A stretch of 64,000 bases of DNA from Octopus sinensis (Eukaryota): positions 30,442,001-30,506,000 of the forward strand of contig NC_043002.1 of assembly GCF_006345805.1 (NCBI RefSeq). The letters are read 5' to 3'. Made by a program: the position numbers and the translations under genes. The notes under the pieces were generated by a model that was not told where the DNA came from, made no database searches, and saw nothing but the letters and a program-made list of their open reading frames with translations. This document shows, piece after piece, positions 1-12,751 of the stretch. Numbering within the stretch: position 1 is the stretch's first letter; every line of letters starts with the position of its first letter.

Positions 1-112
1 GGCGGAGACAGACAAAAACAGAAAAAATCTCATCACCCCAAATATATATACATACATACACGTGCACGAATATACCACACGTATATATATATATATATAT
101 ATAATATATATA

Positions 113-147
<35 letters not shown>

Positions 148-149
148 TT

Positions 150-302
150 ACGATGGGAATCTTCCAGTTTCTATCTACTGAATCCACTCACTAGTCTTTG
201 GTCAATTTGAAGCTAAGAAGACACTTACCGAACGTGCCTCGCGGTGTGATTGAACCAGGAACCATGTAGTTGAGAAGCAAGCTTCTTTACCGCACGGCTA
301 CA
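150..302 (-). mobile_element. SINE family A, tRNA-head half
   Basis: Reverse complement matches the head of the full copies (e.g. 41835-42000): A/B-box-like head, CTTGGGCAAGT-like segment and GGATTT..AGA..GGAAACTG segment, ending in a (TA)n tract. Confidence 0.8.
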
Positions 303-1067
303 TGTGTGTAAATACTCATTTCTATATATTGGCGATTGTGTGTGTGTGTTTATATACATATGCATATATATAAATATAAGTACCTAATATGTAGGTAGGT
401 ATATATATATGCATATGTATATGCGTGTATACGCAGTATGTGGGCGGGTATGTGTACATCAAATAACGAAAAAAAAAGCAATGCGGACGTGTTCAGTAAC
501 GGTGATGGTAATGAAACATCGCTGTCTATTGTACTTTCAATGGATTATAGCAACATAAATATGTATATTAATTCATAATCATATTAATTCTTTAATTATT
601 TAAGAACGTCTCATTACACTCCCATTATCCCTTGTACTATAGCTCGTACTGCGTCAATTTATTTCCACTCTTTCACTCTCATTCTCCCTCCCTCCCTCCG
701 TCTCTCTGTCAGTCTGTCTGTCTGTCTGTTTCTCTCTCTCTCTCTCTCTCTCTCCTCGCTCTGTCTCTCTCTCCCTCGTTCTCTCAATATTTTACTCTAT
801 TATTTCCTATCTATATTTCTATTACTCCGTCGCTAGCTTTCGTTCAGTGTTTCATACCGCTTGCTTTCTCTTTTCTCCGTGTTGCTTATATACATATTCA
901 GTCTTTTTATGCATAAAATGAGTACATATATAAACACTCTCCTTCTGTGCATGTGCCTGTAAGTGTGTGGTTGTGGTGTGTTGTTGCGTGTGTGTATCTC
1001 CCCTGTATATATATATATAATATATTATATATATATATATATTATATATATATATCTATATATATTA

Positions 1068-1565
1068 ATAAATAAAATAAAACATATGCATATATATAAA
1101 CATATATGTACGTACCTACCTCTACATGTACATATACACGCATATATGTGTACAGGACACCAAAAAGACGTCGAACACATAGAGAGACGAAACACATAGA
1201 CACAAACCAAGGAACAAGACAAGCAAAAAAAAGGGAGAGATACAGGACAATAAGCACAACGAAAAAACCCCTTCTTCAGTCGCTAAGATATATATATATA
1301 TATATGTTAATAAAATAGAACATATGCATATATATAAACATATATGTACGTAACTACCTCTACATGTACATATAGACGCATATATGAGTACAGGACACCA
1401 AAAGGACGTCGAACACAATGAGAAACGAAAACATAGACACAAGCCAAAGGAACTGGACATTTTTTTAAACAACAAAAAAAAAAGTACAGGACAATAAACA
1501 CAAAGAAAAAATAGAGTACAGGACAATTAACACAAAGAAAAAAACCCTTCTTCAGTCGCTAAGGT
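1068..1565. repeat. Tandem dimer (~240-bp unit) of a (TA)n-embedded interspersed repeat
   Basis: Two units each contain TACCTCTACATGTACATAT..CAGGACACCAAAA.GACGTCGAACAC..CCCTTCTTCAGTCGCTAAG; the same family occurs inverted at ~53130-53260. Confidence 0.8.
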
Positions 1566-1664
1566 TTCATATATATATATATATACTCACACACACTTAG
1601 CATCATATACTTATAATTATGCGTAAATAGTAGGGACGTGTGGGTGAGAGAGAATATATCAGAA

Positions 1665-1898
1665 AGGCGGCGAACCGGCAGAAACTTTAGCACGCCAGGC
1701 GAAATGCTTAGCAGTATTTCGTCTGTCTTTACCTTCGGAGTTCAAATTCCGCCCAGGTCGACTTTGCCTTTCATCCTTTCGGGGTCGATAAATTAAGTAC
1801 CAGATACGCACTGGTGTCGTTGTAATCGACTTAATCCCTTCGTCTGTCCTTGTTTGTCCCCTCTATGTTTAGCCCCTTGTGGGCAGCAAAGAAATAAG
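1665..1898 (+). mobile_element. SINE family B, tail type 1
   Basis: AAGGCGGCGA..GAGTTCAAATTCCGCC head, central GACTTTGCCTTTCATCCTTTCGGGGTCGATAAATTAAGTACCAG (resembles the Deu/Nin SINE domain from memory), tail TGTCCTTGTTTGTCCCCTC..AAAGAAATAAG; many copies in the window. Confidence 0.85.
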
Positions 1899-2555
1899 AG
1901 AGTATATCAGAAAAATGATGCTGATGATGATGTTAAAAGACACACACAACACACATATATACACACACGCACACACATATATACACACACGCATACATAA
2001 AACTAATGCGCGCACACACACGAACAGAGTTGGTCATAATTCTTATGAATTGGTAGACAGTAATTTTCCTTTTACAGAAGTACTATGTATGCGTTGTGAT
2101 GCTCATGCTTTTCTGAGAGTGTTCAGTTATTTCGGCTTACTCAATCCAGTTGACAGAATCACATAAACTGTTCTATGTCACAGTGTTTGTCCCATTTACG
2201 AATAACCACCTTCACACACACACACACAAATGCGCAACACATATGTGTGTCTATAAAAATACATGCATTATATACATATATACACACCTACATACATACA
2301 CACATTCATACATACAGAAATACGTACCGTTTGTAATTATGTATATCTATTATTATAATTGTGTGTATGAATATTGAACATATCCTAACTGTAAAAGCGG
2401 AAAACACTCCTCGCTTATAATTTCCATAACTACTTTAGAAATGTACATATATTCACACGGGTGCATGCATATTATATACATATATACATATTCATATGTG
2501 CATACATACTTTTCATATATATAATATATATATATATATTATATATATATATATA

Positions 2556-2655
2556 NNNNNNNNNNNNNNNNNNNNNNNNNNNNNNNNNNNNNNNNNNNNN
2601 NNNNNNNNNNNNNNNNNNNNNNNNNNNNNNNNNNNNNNNNNNNNNNNNNNNNNNN
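2556..2655. other. Assembly gap (100 N)
   Basis: Run of 100 Ns next to a (TA)n tract. Confidence 1.
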
Positions 2656-2689
2656 GATATAGCTGGCTAGATAGACGGATGGCTAGATA

Positions 2690-3460
2690 GATAAGCTTAA
2701 ACCTGTTTATTTAAATACCATACTGATTTCATTTTTCCATTGGTTAGATTTATCTCGGTGAAACCTATGCTGGAGTAATGCTTCCAAGATTGATGTTCTA
2801 TGACTCTTGTGTTGATACTGTGATTATCGTGGTTCCCAATATTTGGGTTTTGAGTTGCAGTATACATGGCATCTTTGTTGCCGGACTTTTGGAATTGGCT
2901 GCTCAAAGACAGGACATGAGATGTTTGATATGCTATTTTTTTGAAATTATATGAATTATTCATATATACATATACATTCATAAATTTGTAAAATAAGATA
3001 TGGATTCAGAGGATCTTGTGGCAATCATAGATACCTCTGGCACCCAACCTGCTGCGTGTAGTTCAGGTCTGTTATTAACTCCTCGGCTGTACTCGTTAAT
3101 TTACAAAGAATCTTTTGTTCCCAATTTTTTTCTCTATAGCTTCATTAGAAACTTATATCTTGAGTGTGGCATTTCCATATGTGGTTTTTGATGGGAGAAG
3201 CATTAGAATAGAAGTGTTTATATGAACTTTATAGGATTTACTAAACGTGATTTCATATACGATTTAGGACCAAAAAGATATATTTTCAGCTTTGATCGGG
3301 CAGCTAGGTTAATGCACATGGGGTGTTGTGTTTTTCTTGGCCTGTTTTAATTATGAACCTCCTTGGAGAAGGCCTGGAGTATGCCAGTTGTATATTCAAG
3401 CTTTTTTACGGATCACACAGCGGATTGCAGCAGTCAAGTTTTCGTTAATATGTGTTTCTT
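2690..3460 (-). pseudogene. Decayed Penelope-like element, RT C-terminus to GIY-YIG endonuclease
   Basis: Minus-strand fragments ISCP and INTRVIEH resemble the GIY-YIG 'CP..C..YIG.T.R.L.TR..EH' pattern; many stops and frameshifts. Confidence 0.45.
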
Positions 3461-3599
3461 TTTCTTTTTATTTTTCAGGATATACGTTAACCTTGGATGT
3501 GTGAATTAAAGGATACGCAGTAAATATAGCAAGGCAGGAAGAGAAAAATCACTAACGTTATACAATTCTGAAAGGTCCTGTTGGAGAATGGCTATCCAT

Positions 3600-4070
3600 A
3601 ATCTTGCACTAAACGCAAGGACATCATCAGACCACATAAAATAACCCACACATCTAAGAATAATGTGTGTTGTGAAACTGCCTCATTTTAACGGGAAATG
3701 TAATATATATGTCTGTAAGCGAAGAGCAGACAAATGAAAAACAAGTGACGTGGACATGCATTGGACATAAGTAAAGCTGCGCTGTGTGAAATACAAAACA
3801 CTGCAGGACCTCGTAATAGTATGGCATGATTACAGAAAGGCATTTGATTATATCCCCTACTCATGGCTTCTGAAGTCACTCTAGCTGGCAAAAGTGCCTG
3901 CTTCCATACTTGCTGCACACGAAATGGTTACGAAGACCTAGCCTACAGCCCTCAAAACTATAACTCAAAACTAGAGGACTGTCTACGATGATATAATAGA
4001 AGCTATTTGGACATCTATTTATTTTTGCTATGAGCCCACTCATATCTTTTACGAAAATCTATATAGATAT
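3600..4070 (+). pseudogene. R4/Dong-like (RLE) non-LTR retrotransposon RT fragment
   Basis: Translation LVIVWHDYRKAFDYIPYSWLLKSL*LAKVP and later LFIFAMSPL matches the 'WIDYKKAYDSVPHSW' and 'LF.LA.NPL' RT motifs of R4-type elements. Confidence 0.7.
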
Positions 4071-4099
4071 TTGGAATAGTAAGAAAATTCGTGTATATT

Positions 4100-5040
4100 T
4101 ATAGAAGTCAACTACTCTGAAGATATAAATATCTCTTCCAAAATCAACAAAAGGGTTATTCCAGCAATGATCATTGGGATAAATGCGAATTCATAATCAG
4201 ATTAGAAAAGCTGTAGGTTTTCAGGCAGACGTCCAAAAATACTCCACATTTCACTGAGTCGGGGAAGAGATGTTCAAAATATTAACTTGTCTAATTTAGT
4301 GAATGTCAAAGTGACAATCTGGAAACGGTACGGTTTTCGAGCGGGGAAATATAGCGGTAAACACGCACTTTCCAGATGAAATATGTAAGTGGAACAGTAA
4401 AATATGCAAGATATTTGTAAAGTTCAGCACGGAACACTAACGTAGTTACCAAAGTTCCGGCGACGGAATTTTTTTGCTTTTGTTTTAGTGAAACTAACTC
4501 CTCCCTTTCAGAAATCATTCTAATAAATAAAAGGAAAAAAAAAGTGAAAATGAAACGGTATGAATATATTTTTATTTAGACGTTGCTCTCAGTACGTTTT
4601 CACCGTTCTAATCTGATATATAATATCACAATATGCTTGATAAATAATTCACATTCACTTGGATTATTTCGACCTTAAAATAGAGTACAATTATAATAGA
4701 GTACAATTAAACAACTCTGAAGTATCTCTTCCAAAAAACTTTAATAAATACCTATTTAGTACTGCAACAAGTTCTGTTTATGCAAACTGAACGCACGACT
4801 TGCTGATAAAAGGATGGAAATTACACAATATTACTTCGCAGCAATAATAACACAGCATTTGATTATCAAACGTTTAGAATGGAACACATGGATTCGTTGT
4901 TAATGAAAGAAAAAAAAAATACATATCAGACATGCTAATCTCTTTGTTAAGATAAAAATATATCAGGCGAACTCAAATCTATGAACAAGAAAAAAAAAAG
5001 ACTGACACAGAATTTTTAGTATGGGATTTAGACACTTTCA
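4100..5040 (-). pseudogene. Decayed Penelope-like RT remnant
   Basis: Minus-strand TLVFRA-(frameshift)-YKIS..IFHLE is typical of the Penelope RT C-terminal region; the element ends in (TA)n. Confidence 0.5.
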
Positions 5041-5042
5041 CA

Positions 5043-5105
<63 letters not shown>

Positions 5106-5461
5106 CATACTTATATATATACATATATACATACATGAATACGTATGGGTATGCATGTACATGTGTATAAGCATGTATGGTTGTGTCTATCAATAAATAT
5201 GTTACGAGGTTTAGCTGTTTGTTTCGTTCTTATTTGTTTGGATATTTTCTCACTAATTAAGACTTAATAACCTGAATTATGAGGATATTTATATACTTTA
5301 ATAATCTTTGCTTCTGTCAGTACTCTTTCTCTTTCTACTTCTTCTCCTCTTTACTCCCTCCCGCTTTTCTCCTCTCTCTTACGTTACTAACCCTTTCCAT
5401 AATTACATGAATAACAACGTACACATATATACATATATATACACTCATACATGCATATCTG

Positions 5462-5557
<96 letters not shown>

Positions 5558-5609
5558 TAAATATATATATAAGTATATATATATATATATAATATGTATG
5601 CATGTATAT

Positions 5610-5640
<31 letters not shown>

Positions 5641-6219
5641 GTGTATGTATATATGTATCTATGTGTGTATACGTGTGTACATAAATACGATGCGGGAGTG
5701 TGAGAGGTAGTTGAGATATACAAAAATTAATGAAACTTAATATGCATAAAGACTTACGTGACTGCATATTAGAGGCACCAAGTATATATATATACACATA
5801 CATATATGTATGTGTATATATACGTGTACGAATATATATCTAAATGAGTGTCTATACATATGTGTGTAAAATATACATACATATACATATCAATTCATAC
5901 CTATTTAAGTTAATATCTATTTATCTATCAATATACATATATATGTTTATGCATATATATATGTATGTATACTCACACGCACATACGCACACAAAGACAC
6001 AAATATACACACCTAATTGGAAACAAAGTATTATATGTATATATATAATTGCGATTAAAGTATTATACAGGCAATTATGTGCATACTATACACATCTGTA
6101 TGTCTGTTCATATATTGTTATGTTGAGGAAACATAATATGCACACGCACAAACACACAGTCGCACGCACGCGAGCTCGTACACACTCACTATATTCATGT
6201 AATACATGTATATTATATA

Positions 6220-6250
<31 letters not shown>

Positions 6251-6339
6251 ATATGCATGTATATGTTCCATACAGATACATGTATATACGTCTATATGTT
6301 TGCACAGATACACGTGTACATACATACTGATATGCTCTT

Positions 6340-6760
6340 TACTCTTTTACTCTTTTACTTGTTTCAGTAATTTGACTGCGGCCATGCTGGAGCACCGCCT
6401 TTAGTCGAGCAAATCGACCCCGGGACTTATTTTTTGTAAGCCCAGTACTCATTCTATCGGTCACTTTTGCCAAACCGCTAAGCTACGGGGACGTAAACAC
6501 ACCATCATCGGTTGTCAAGCAATGCTAGGGGGACAAGCACAGACACACAAACACACACATTTACATATATACATATATACATATATATACATATATACGA
6601 CAGGCTTCTTTCAGTTTCCGTCTACCAAATCCACTCACAAAGCATTGGTCCGCCCGGGGCTATAGCAGAAGACAATTGCCCTAGATGCCACGCAGTGGGA
6701 CTGAACCCGGAACCATGTGGTTGGTTAGCAAGCTACTTACCACGCAGCCACTCCTGCGCC
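6340..6760 (-). mobile_element. SINE family A, full length
   Basis: Head AGGCGCAGGAGTGGCTG..GGTTCAGTCCC, internal (TA/CA)n tract, right arm, (GAGTAAAA)n tail. Confidence 0.9.
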
Positions 6761-6774
6761 TATATATGTATATA

Positions 6775-6821
<47 letters not shown>

Positions 6822-6870
6822 ATATATATATATATATATGTATATGCATATGTGTGTTTTGTATCTTCTC

Positions 6871-6928
<58 letters not shown>

Positions 6929-7390
6929 ATGCCAGTGGATATGCATGCTTGTAAGTCTATTTCTATGTATCTATGTATTAGTGAGCATGTATCAGATTTC
7001 CTAATATAACAAACACAACTATGTCTCAATGCCAACGAAAACAAAGACTAGTATAATTTTGAGTAATATTATATTTATTACCAGAAATATGGCCTTTATT
7101 AGACACATAATTACCGAAATTATCATCATTTTCGATAAAAACCCATAATGCCCTTCACCTACAATTAATCGGCAGATTGTAAATTAATATCTCGACCACC
7201 ATCCTGGTTATAATTACATATATATACACCCACTCGCACACCACACACTTCCTATCTTGTGCATATTGTTTTCTAGATGTTTCGTCCCTATATGTATGTA
7301 TACAACTATGTATGTTTGTGTATATAGATAGATAGACACATACATACATAAATACATACATCATACATATATATGTAAGTATTTATGATA

Positions 7391-7499
<109 letters not shown>

Positions 7500-7829
7500 A
7501 TATATTATATATATATATATATTATATATATATATATATAATATACATGCATACACACACGTACAGACATACGCGCACACACAGATATGTATGTGTATAT
7601 GATTAATCTGGCTTTGTTTGCCTAATTGTCATTCTTTCGCTACTAACTAAATATCCTGACAATAAACCAACTCCTTTTATTAAAAATGGTATGACTCTTT
7701 AAATCGGAAGACAAAAAGCAGCCAATATAATGTGCTGGCTCATATAATCGGTTGGTACTATTAAACGCAAATTCATACCAACACAGACATGCATTAATTC
7801 TTACATAGATGTGAGATTTATGTAATATA

Positions 7830-8984
7830 CGAGGTAGTATCAAAAGGTTTCCGGATTAGTAATGTTTAATAAAAAATATGTTATTTACCTAAGTTTTAAC
7901 ATCATCTCCTTCGAATTAGACACATAACGCAGTAAGACACCGTTACAGCCTTGAAGTCGTTTTCCGTAAGCGAGTCGAGAACCTTTTGCGATTCACTCTG
8001 TCTCTAGACAACAGTGTTAAAGTGGTGAGCTGCATTTTTATCCTGGGAAAGAGATGGAAGTCCGCAGGAGCTTAAACTGGCGAATAGGTACGGTGCGGAA
8101 ACCATACCATGTTTGTTTTTGGCGAGAAACTCACGAGCGTGGAGGGCTCGGTGAAGAATCCAGTTCTTCAAACTCCAGAGATTTGGTCGCTTCCGCCGAA
8201 TGTTCTCAACGTCGCAGTAGAACTCTCGATTACCGGTCTGGCTCTGAGAGACGAATTCTCGATACCCAATTGTTGTGTCTACGCCCCCAGACGATGAAGT
8301 AGTCTAGCCCAATACATAGATATAGAGGGAGAAGTCTAGACGTCGTGGAGTAGCAGTCGTAGTAGAGTAGAACAGAATAGCAGTCGGAACAGTTGAATAG
8401 AGAGTCGAGCAGACTAGAGTTGAATAGACGGCATCCGAACGTGCGACATAACAGTGGCGACGAGGATATCGTAGCTCATACAGCCACTGTGTAGCGTTGC
8501 GATATAACAGTGGTGACGAGAATGAGATCGAGTTGAGTAGAGGTCATCTGGACGTGCGACATAGCATCAATACCATATTTCGTGGGGTGACGCTAGTAGC
8601 AGGTCTTCCTGATCGCTCTTCGTCTATTAGAAACGTTTTTCCGCTTTTGAAGAGCCCATGCCTATTCAAATATTACGTACGATTCAAATATAATCTCGTC
8701 ACCTAAGCTTGCCGAAACAAGCTCAATGTCTCTGAAGCAGACTTCCCAAGTTAACTCAAAATTTCACGCTAGCTCTTTGTTCCTGTCCATGATAAAGTCG
8801 CATATAACAGCATACACGCGATCACAAAAGCACAAATTTTACAACGTGTGAAGTAAACACAGCAATGTCACTCGGCATACTGCTTCATGAGTGTAATTGC
8901 AAGTTCGCGCTGCGTATGCAACCGTGTGCTGCTATTTGTTGGGGCACTATAGAATTAGTCCGGGAACTTTTTTATACCATTTCG
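7830..8984 (-). mobile_element. Mariner DNA transposon, internally deleted
   Basis: Imperfect TIRs CGAGGTAGTATCAAAAGGTTTCCGGATTA and rc CGAAATGGTATAAAAAAGTTCCCGGACTA, each flanked by TA. Minus strand gives N-terminal EQRASVKF..LGKSASET..DEERSGRP and C-terminal RRKRPNLW..YSPV*APADFHLFP..FEGD. Confidence 0.9.
8300..8570 (+). mobile_element. LTR-end / primer-binding-site fragment inserted in the mariner
   Basis: ..CATAACA-G-TGGCGACGAGGAT (8455-8467) is complementary to the 3' end of tRNA-Ser(GCU), AUCCUCGUCG-CCA; a degenerate second copy is at 8511-8523. Confidence 0.6.
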
Positions 8985-9291
8985 TATGACGTGTGTGCGT
9001 GTGTGTGTGTGTATTTTATGAAACACTGAGTTCCACAAAATGCATTTTGTTTCGTACGTAGACATTTCTGAGGGTAGGTAGTAAAAAGCTGTAATTTTTC
9101 TGAGAGGCACAGGCATGAATTTTGCTTCTCGATCACTTCCTTCCGGGTTCAGTCCCGCTGTGTTACACCTTGGTTAATTGTTATAGCCTCTAGCCGACCA
9201 AAGATTTGTGAGTAGATCTGGTAAACGGAAACTGAAAGCTACCCGTCGTGTATGTGTGTATTTGTATATGTGTGTGTGTGCGTATGTGTGT

Positions 9292-9678
9292 GTGGAGGCG
9301 CAATGGCCCAGTGGTTTGGGCAGCGGACTCGCGGTCATAGGATCGCGGTTTCGATTCCCAGACCGGGCGTTGCGAGTGTTTATTGAGCGAAAACACCTAA
9401 AAGTTCCACGAGGCTCCGGCAGGGGATGGTGGTGATCCCTGCTGTACTCTTTCACCACAACTTTCTCTCACTCTTACTTCCTGTTTCTGTTGTACCTGTA
9501 TTTCAAAGGGCCGGCCTTGTCACTCTCTGTGTCACGCTGAATATCCCCGAGAACTACGTTAATTGTACACGTGTCTGTGGAGTGCTCAGTCACTTACACG
9601 TTAATTTCACCAGCAGGCTGTTCCGTTGATTCGGATCAACCGGAACCTTCGTCGTCGTAACCGACGGAGTGCTTCCAT
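9292..9678 (+). mobile_element. SINE family C, tRNA-derived
   Basis: Head GGCGCAATGGCCCAGTGG..GTTTCGATTCCC (A/B boxes), then a unique body ending CGTAACCGACGGAGTGCTTCCA. Confidence 0.75.
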
Positions 9679-9689
9679 ATCCATGTGCG

Positions 9690-9805
9690 TGTGGAACTTA
9701 CGTGTTTTGCTCAATTAGCACCCACAATGCCAGGTCTGGGAATCGAAACCGCGTTGTTAGGACCGCGAGTTCGATGCCTTAACCACTGGGCCATTGCGCC
9801 TCCAC
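9690..9805 (-). mobile_element. SINE family C head, inverted copy
   Basis: Reverse complement begins GTGGAGGCGCAATGGCCCAGTGGTT, identical for 25 nt to 9292-9316, then about 80% similar by eye. Confidence 0.8.
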
Positions 9806-10354
9806 TGCGGCTGCTGTTGGATTTTTTTCTATTTAGCTACGTTTGATGTTATTTTATCCTAGGTCAGCGCTGTTGTTTACCCTAGGTCAGCGCTGATCAA
9901 GCACATTTATGGCCAAAGCCATTGGACAGATACTGCCACGTCATTTTAGATGTATCACTTAGATTATATCAACCAATGTGTCCTTTAATAAAGTTAGGCG
10001 TAATCAAAGAGGGAATATCGTTGCTATTTCTAGCACAAGAGAGGAGGTGTGTGATGCATGATTTCACCTGATTTGAAAAAGTACTGGACAGTGAGCAAGG
10101 AACGTGAGTCGAATGAAACCCATAACCGTAAATTTTATCCAGAAGAATTTCAAAGCAGCCAAGTTTAACAGATTTACTCTTATCATGTGGAACGGTATTG
10201 CTTTTGAAATTTTCTTCTTAGTAAGATATCAGTGAAAAGCAACATAGAAAGGTGGGATGCAAAAAGAGTTGGTCTGTTGTCAGCTGCACTGGTCATCATT
10301 TGGAATGAGAGATATTGAAGGTAACGTGTTAGAGAATTTGGTTAACTTTTACCT

Positions 10355-10570
10355 TTTGTTTGTTTCAGCCATTAGACTGCTGCCATGCTGGTACACCACC
10401 TTCAAGAATATTAAGTCGACCGAATAGACCCTGTCGCTTATTTTCTTTTTAAACCAAGTACTTATTTCTATCGGTGTCATTTGCAGATCCGTTAACTTAC
10501 GAGGATCCAAAAACACCAACACCGGTTGTCAAGCTGTGGTTAAGGAACAAACACTGACACAAACACAAAC

Positions 10571-10625
<55 letters not shown>

Positions 10626-10850
10626 CACACATACACACACACACACACACACACGTATATATATATAAGTAGGTAGATAGATAGATAGATACTATACGAC
10701 AGGCGTCTTTCAGTTTCCGTCTACCAAATCCACTTCCAAGTCTTTGGTCGGCCTGAGGCTGTAGTAGAAGACCAAGAGTCCACGCAGTTGGACTGAACTC
10801 GGAACTATGCCGTTGGAGAGCAAGCGTTTTACATTGCCACGCCTTCGTCT
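10355..10850 (-). mobile_element. SINE family A
   Basis: Both arms present around a (CA)n/(TA)n/(GATA)n tract. Confidence 0.85.
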
Positions 10851-11929
10851 ATGTTAATGAATATAGCCTTCACTTGTGAGATGGCATAAGTGATAGAAAT
10901 AGATCGATACTTGAATAATAATATTCTCTTAAACCATCGTATATTCTCTTTAACCTTCGTATAACAATCTTCTCTTAAATCTTCGTATATTAATCACTTC
11001 CTTCCATGTGATGTACCAATTCTGAATTGCCATTCCAAGGTACCGTTCACTCCACATCCAAGTTGTTTGTACCGAGTCAGAAAGCGCCTTAAATTCGTTC
11101 CTTCGTTATTGCAAATATGGTTGTGAAACAAGAGCCTTTCTTCCAGAAACACTGTTTCACATAGCACGCTCACGCACACACGCACAGACATATGTACAAA
11201 CATATTACATACATAGACACATATATATATATATATATACATACATTTGTTTGTGTATGTATGTGTGTATAAGTGTGCCTATCTCTGTTTGTGTGTGTGC
11301 ATATACGTCTGTGTACGTTTGTGCTAGTCATTACTTCTCAGAGAGCTCATTTTAGCCGTTGTGGCGTAATACGTGATATATGGTCTGAATGTCAATGCTT
11401 CGAGAATATTCATAACATGATGTGTTTGTATGTTTGTTTCATGTGTGAGTGCGAAAGAGAGAGAAAGTGAAGCAGAATATGTGTAAAATGATATTCGGGC
11501 TTCCATAGCAGTGTGTATTTTTATGACAAGCAGAATAACCAGTGAAAATAGTCCATGTGCACTATTTATCATTGTAAGTGACATATTTATCCGCGACGGT
11601 TCGCTCGATTTGTGCCTACAGAAGTGAAACTGATGGAATAGTAGACAGCGTAGACATTAAATAACTACCGTAATAATCCGCCATGAAAAATGTGATCTGA
11701 TCGTTTTGAACGAATCATAAATTTAAAGGCCAATTAGATGGTTGTTCATGATCTATGGATTGTTAATTCAAATATAGCTTCTCCCTTATGTATCTCCTGT
11801 CTAATTCCTTTCTCTTCTTACTTATTTAACCCATTTTGTCACCCTTTCTTTTTTTTCTCGGTACAGCCGTCTTTACATCTCTATTTTCTAACCCCTATAT
11901 CTATACATCATTTATATTTCCAGCACTCA

Positions 11930-11964
<35 letters not shown>

Positions 11965-12119
11965 GCACATATGTGTGTGTGTGCGTGTGTGTGTGTGTGT
12001 ATAGATATAGATAGAGATATTTATATACGTATGTATGTGTGTTTTATTCGCGTGTTCCTGTAAGTGCATATCTGTAACTTCATTTCTCATTGCTTCGATG
12101 GTTTATTCGTTCCCTTTTC

Positions 12120-12174
<55 letters not shown>

Positions 12175-12200
12175 CATTCTCTCTCACTCTCTCTCTCTCA

Positions 12201-12266
<66 letters not shown>

Positions 12267-12336
12267 GCTTGTGTAGTACGAGTGTATCTATGTATGTTTG
12301 TGCATGTGTGTGTGTATATATATATGTATATATATA

Positions 12337-12367
<31 letters not shown>

Positions 12368-12459
12368 GCATATGTATATATCTATGTGCATACATATATG
12401 CTTACATACATTTACACACATAGTTTTAAAGCTTTCTGTCTATATCTCTCTCTCTGTCG

Positions 12460-12506
<47 letters not shown>

Positions 12507-12751
12507 TCACTCATTCATTTTTATCCTCTATACTCCTTCCCTCGTAAACTCACAAATCAATACATTCTATTTTATTACTATTTAATTACTTCACGGTGGT
12601 AAACTATCAGAATCCTTAAAGCATAAAAAAAAAATTTTTAAAAACTGCTTAACACCATTTCTTCGGACACTACATTATGAATTCAAATTCTACTGAGATC
12701 AACTTTTCTGTTCCTTGGCTTTATGGCAAAATTTCAAACTATTATATAATT

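Noticed and set aside
1265-1290. CUGAAGA on the minus strand (also ~1545-1560, and CUGAGGA at ~23065) as hammerheads
   Set aside because: No stem II hairpin or GAAA follows, so a hammerhead fold cannot be drawn.
3470-3525. Acceptor-like TTTTTCAG with a downstream GT
   Set aside because: All three frames contain stops and the site lies among retroelement relics.
5844-7009. ORFs of 186 and 165 aa
   Set aside because: Made of (TA)n/(CA)n microsatellite and SINE A sequence; the same applies to most YI/HT/LS-rich ORFs in the track.
9292-9375. Possible functional tRNA genes (also 12968-13040, 41838-41910, 56460-56545)
   Set aside because: Cloverleaf stems are broken and each continues into a SINE body; they are SINE heads.
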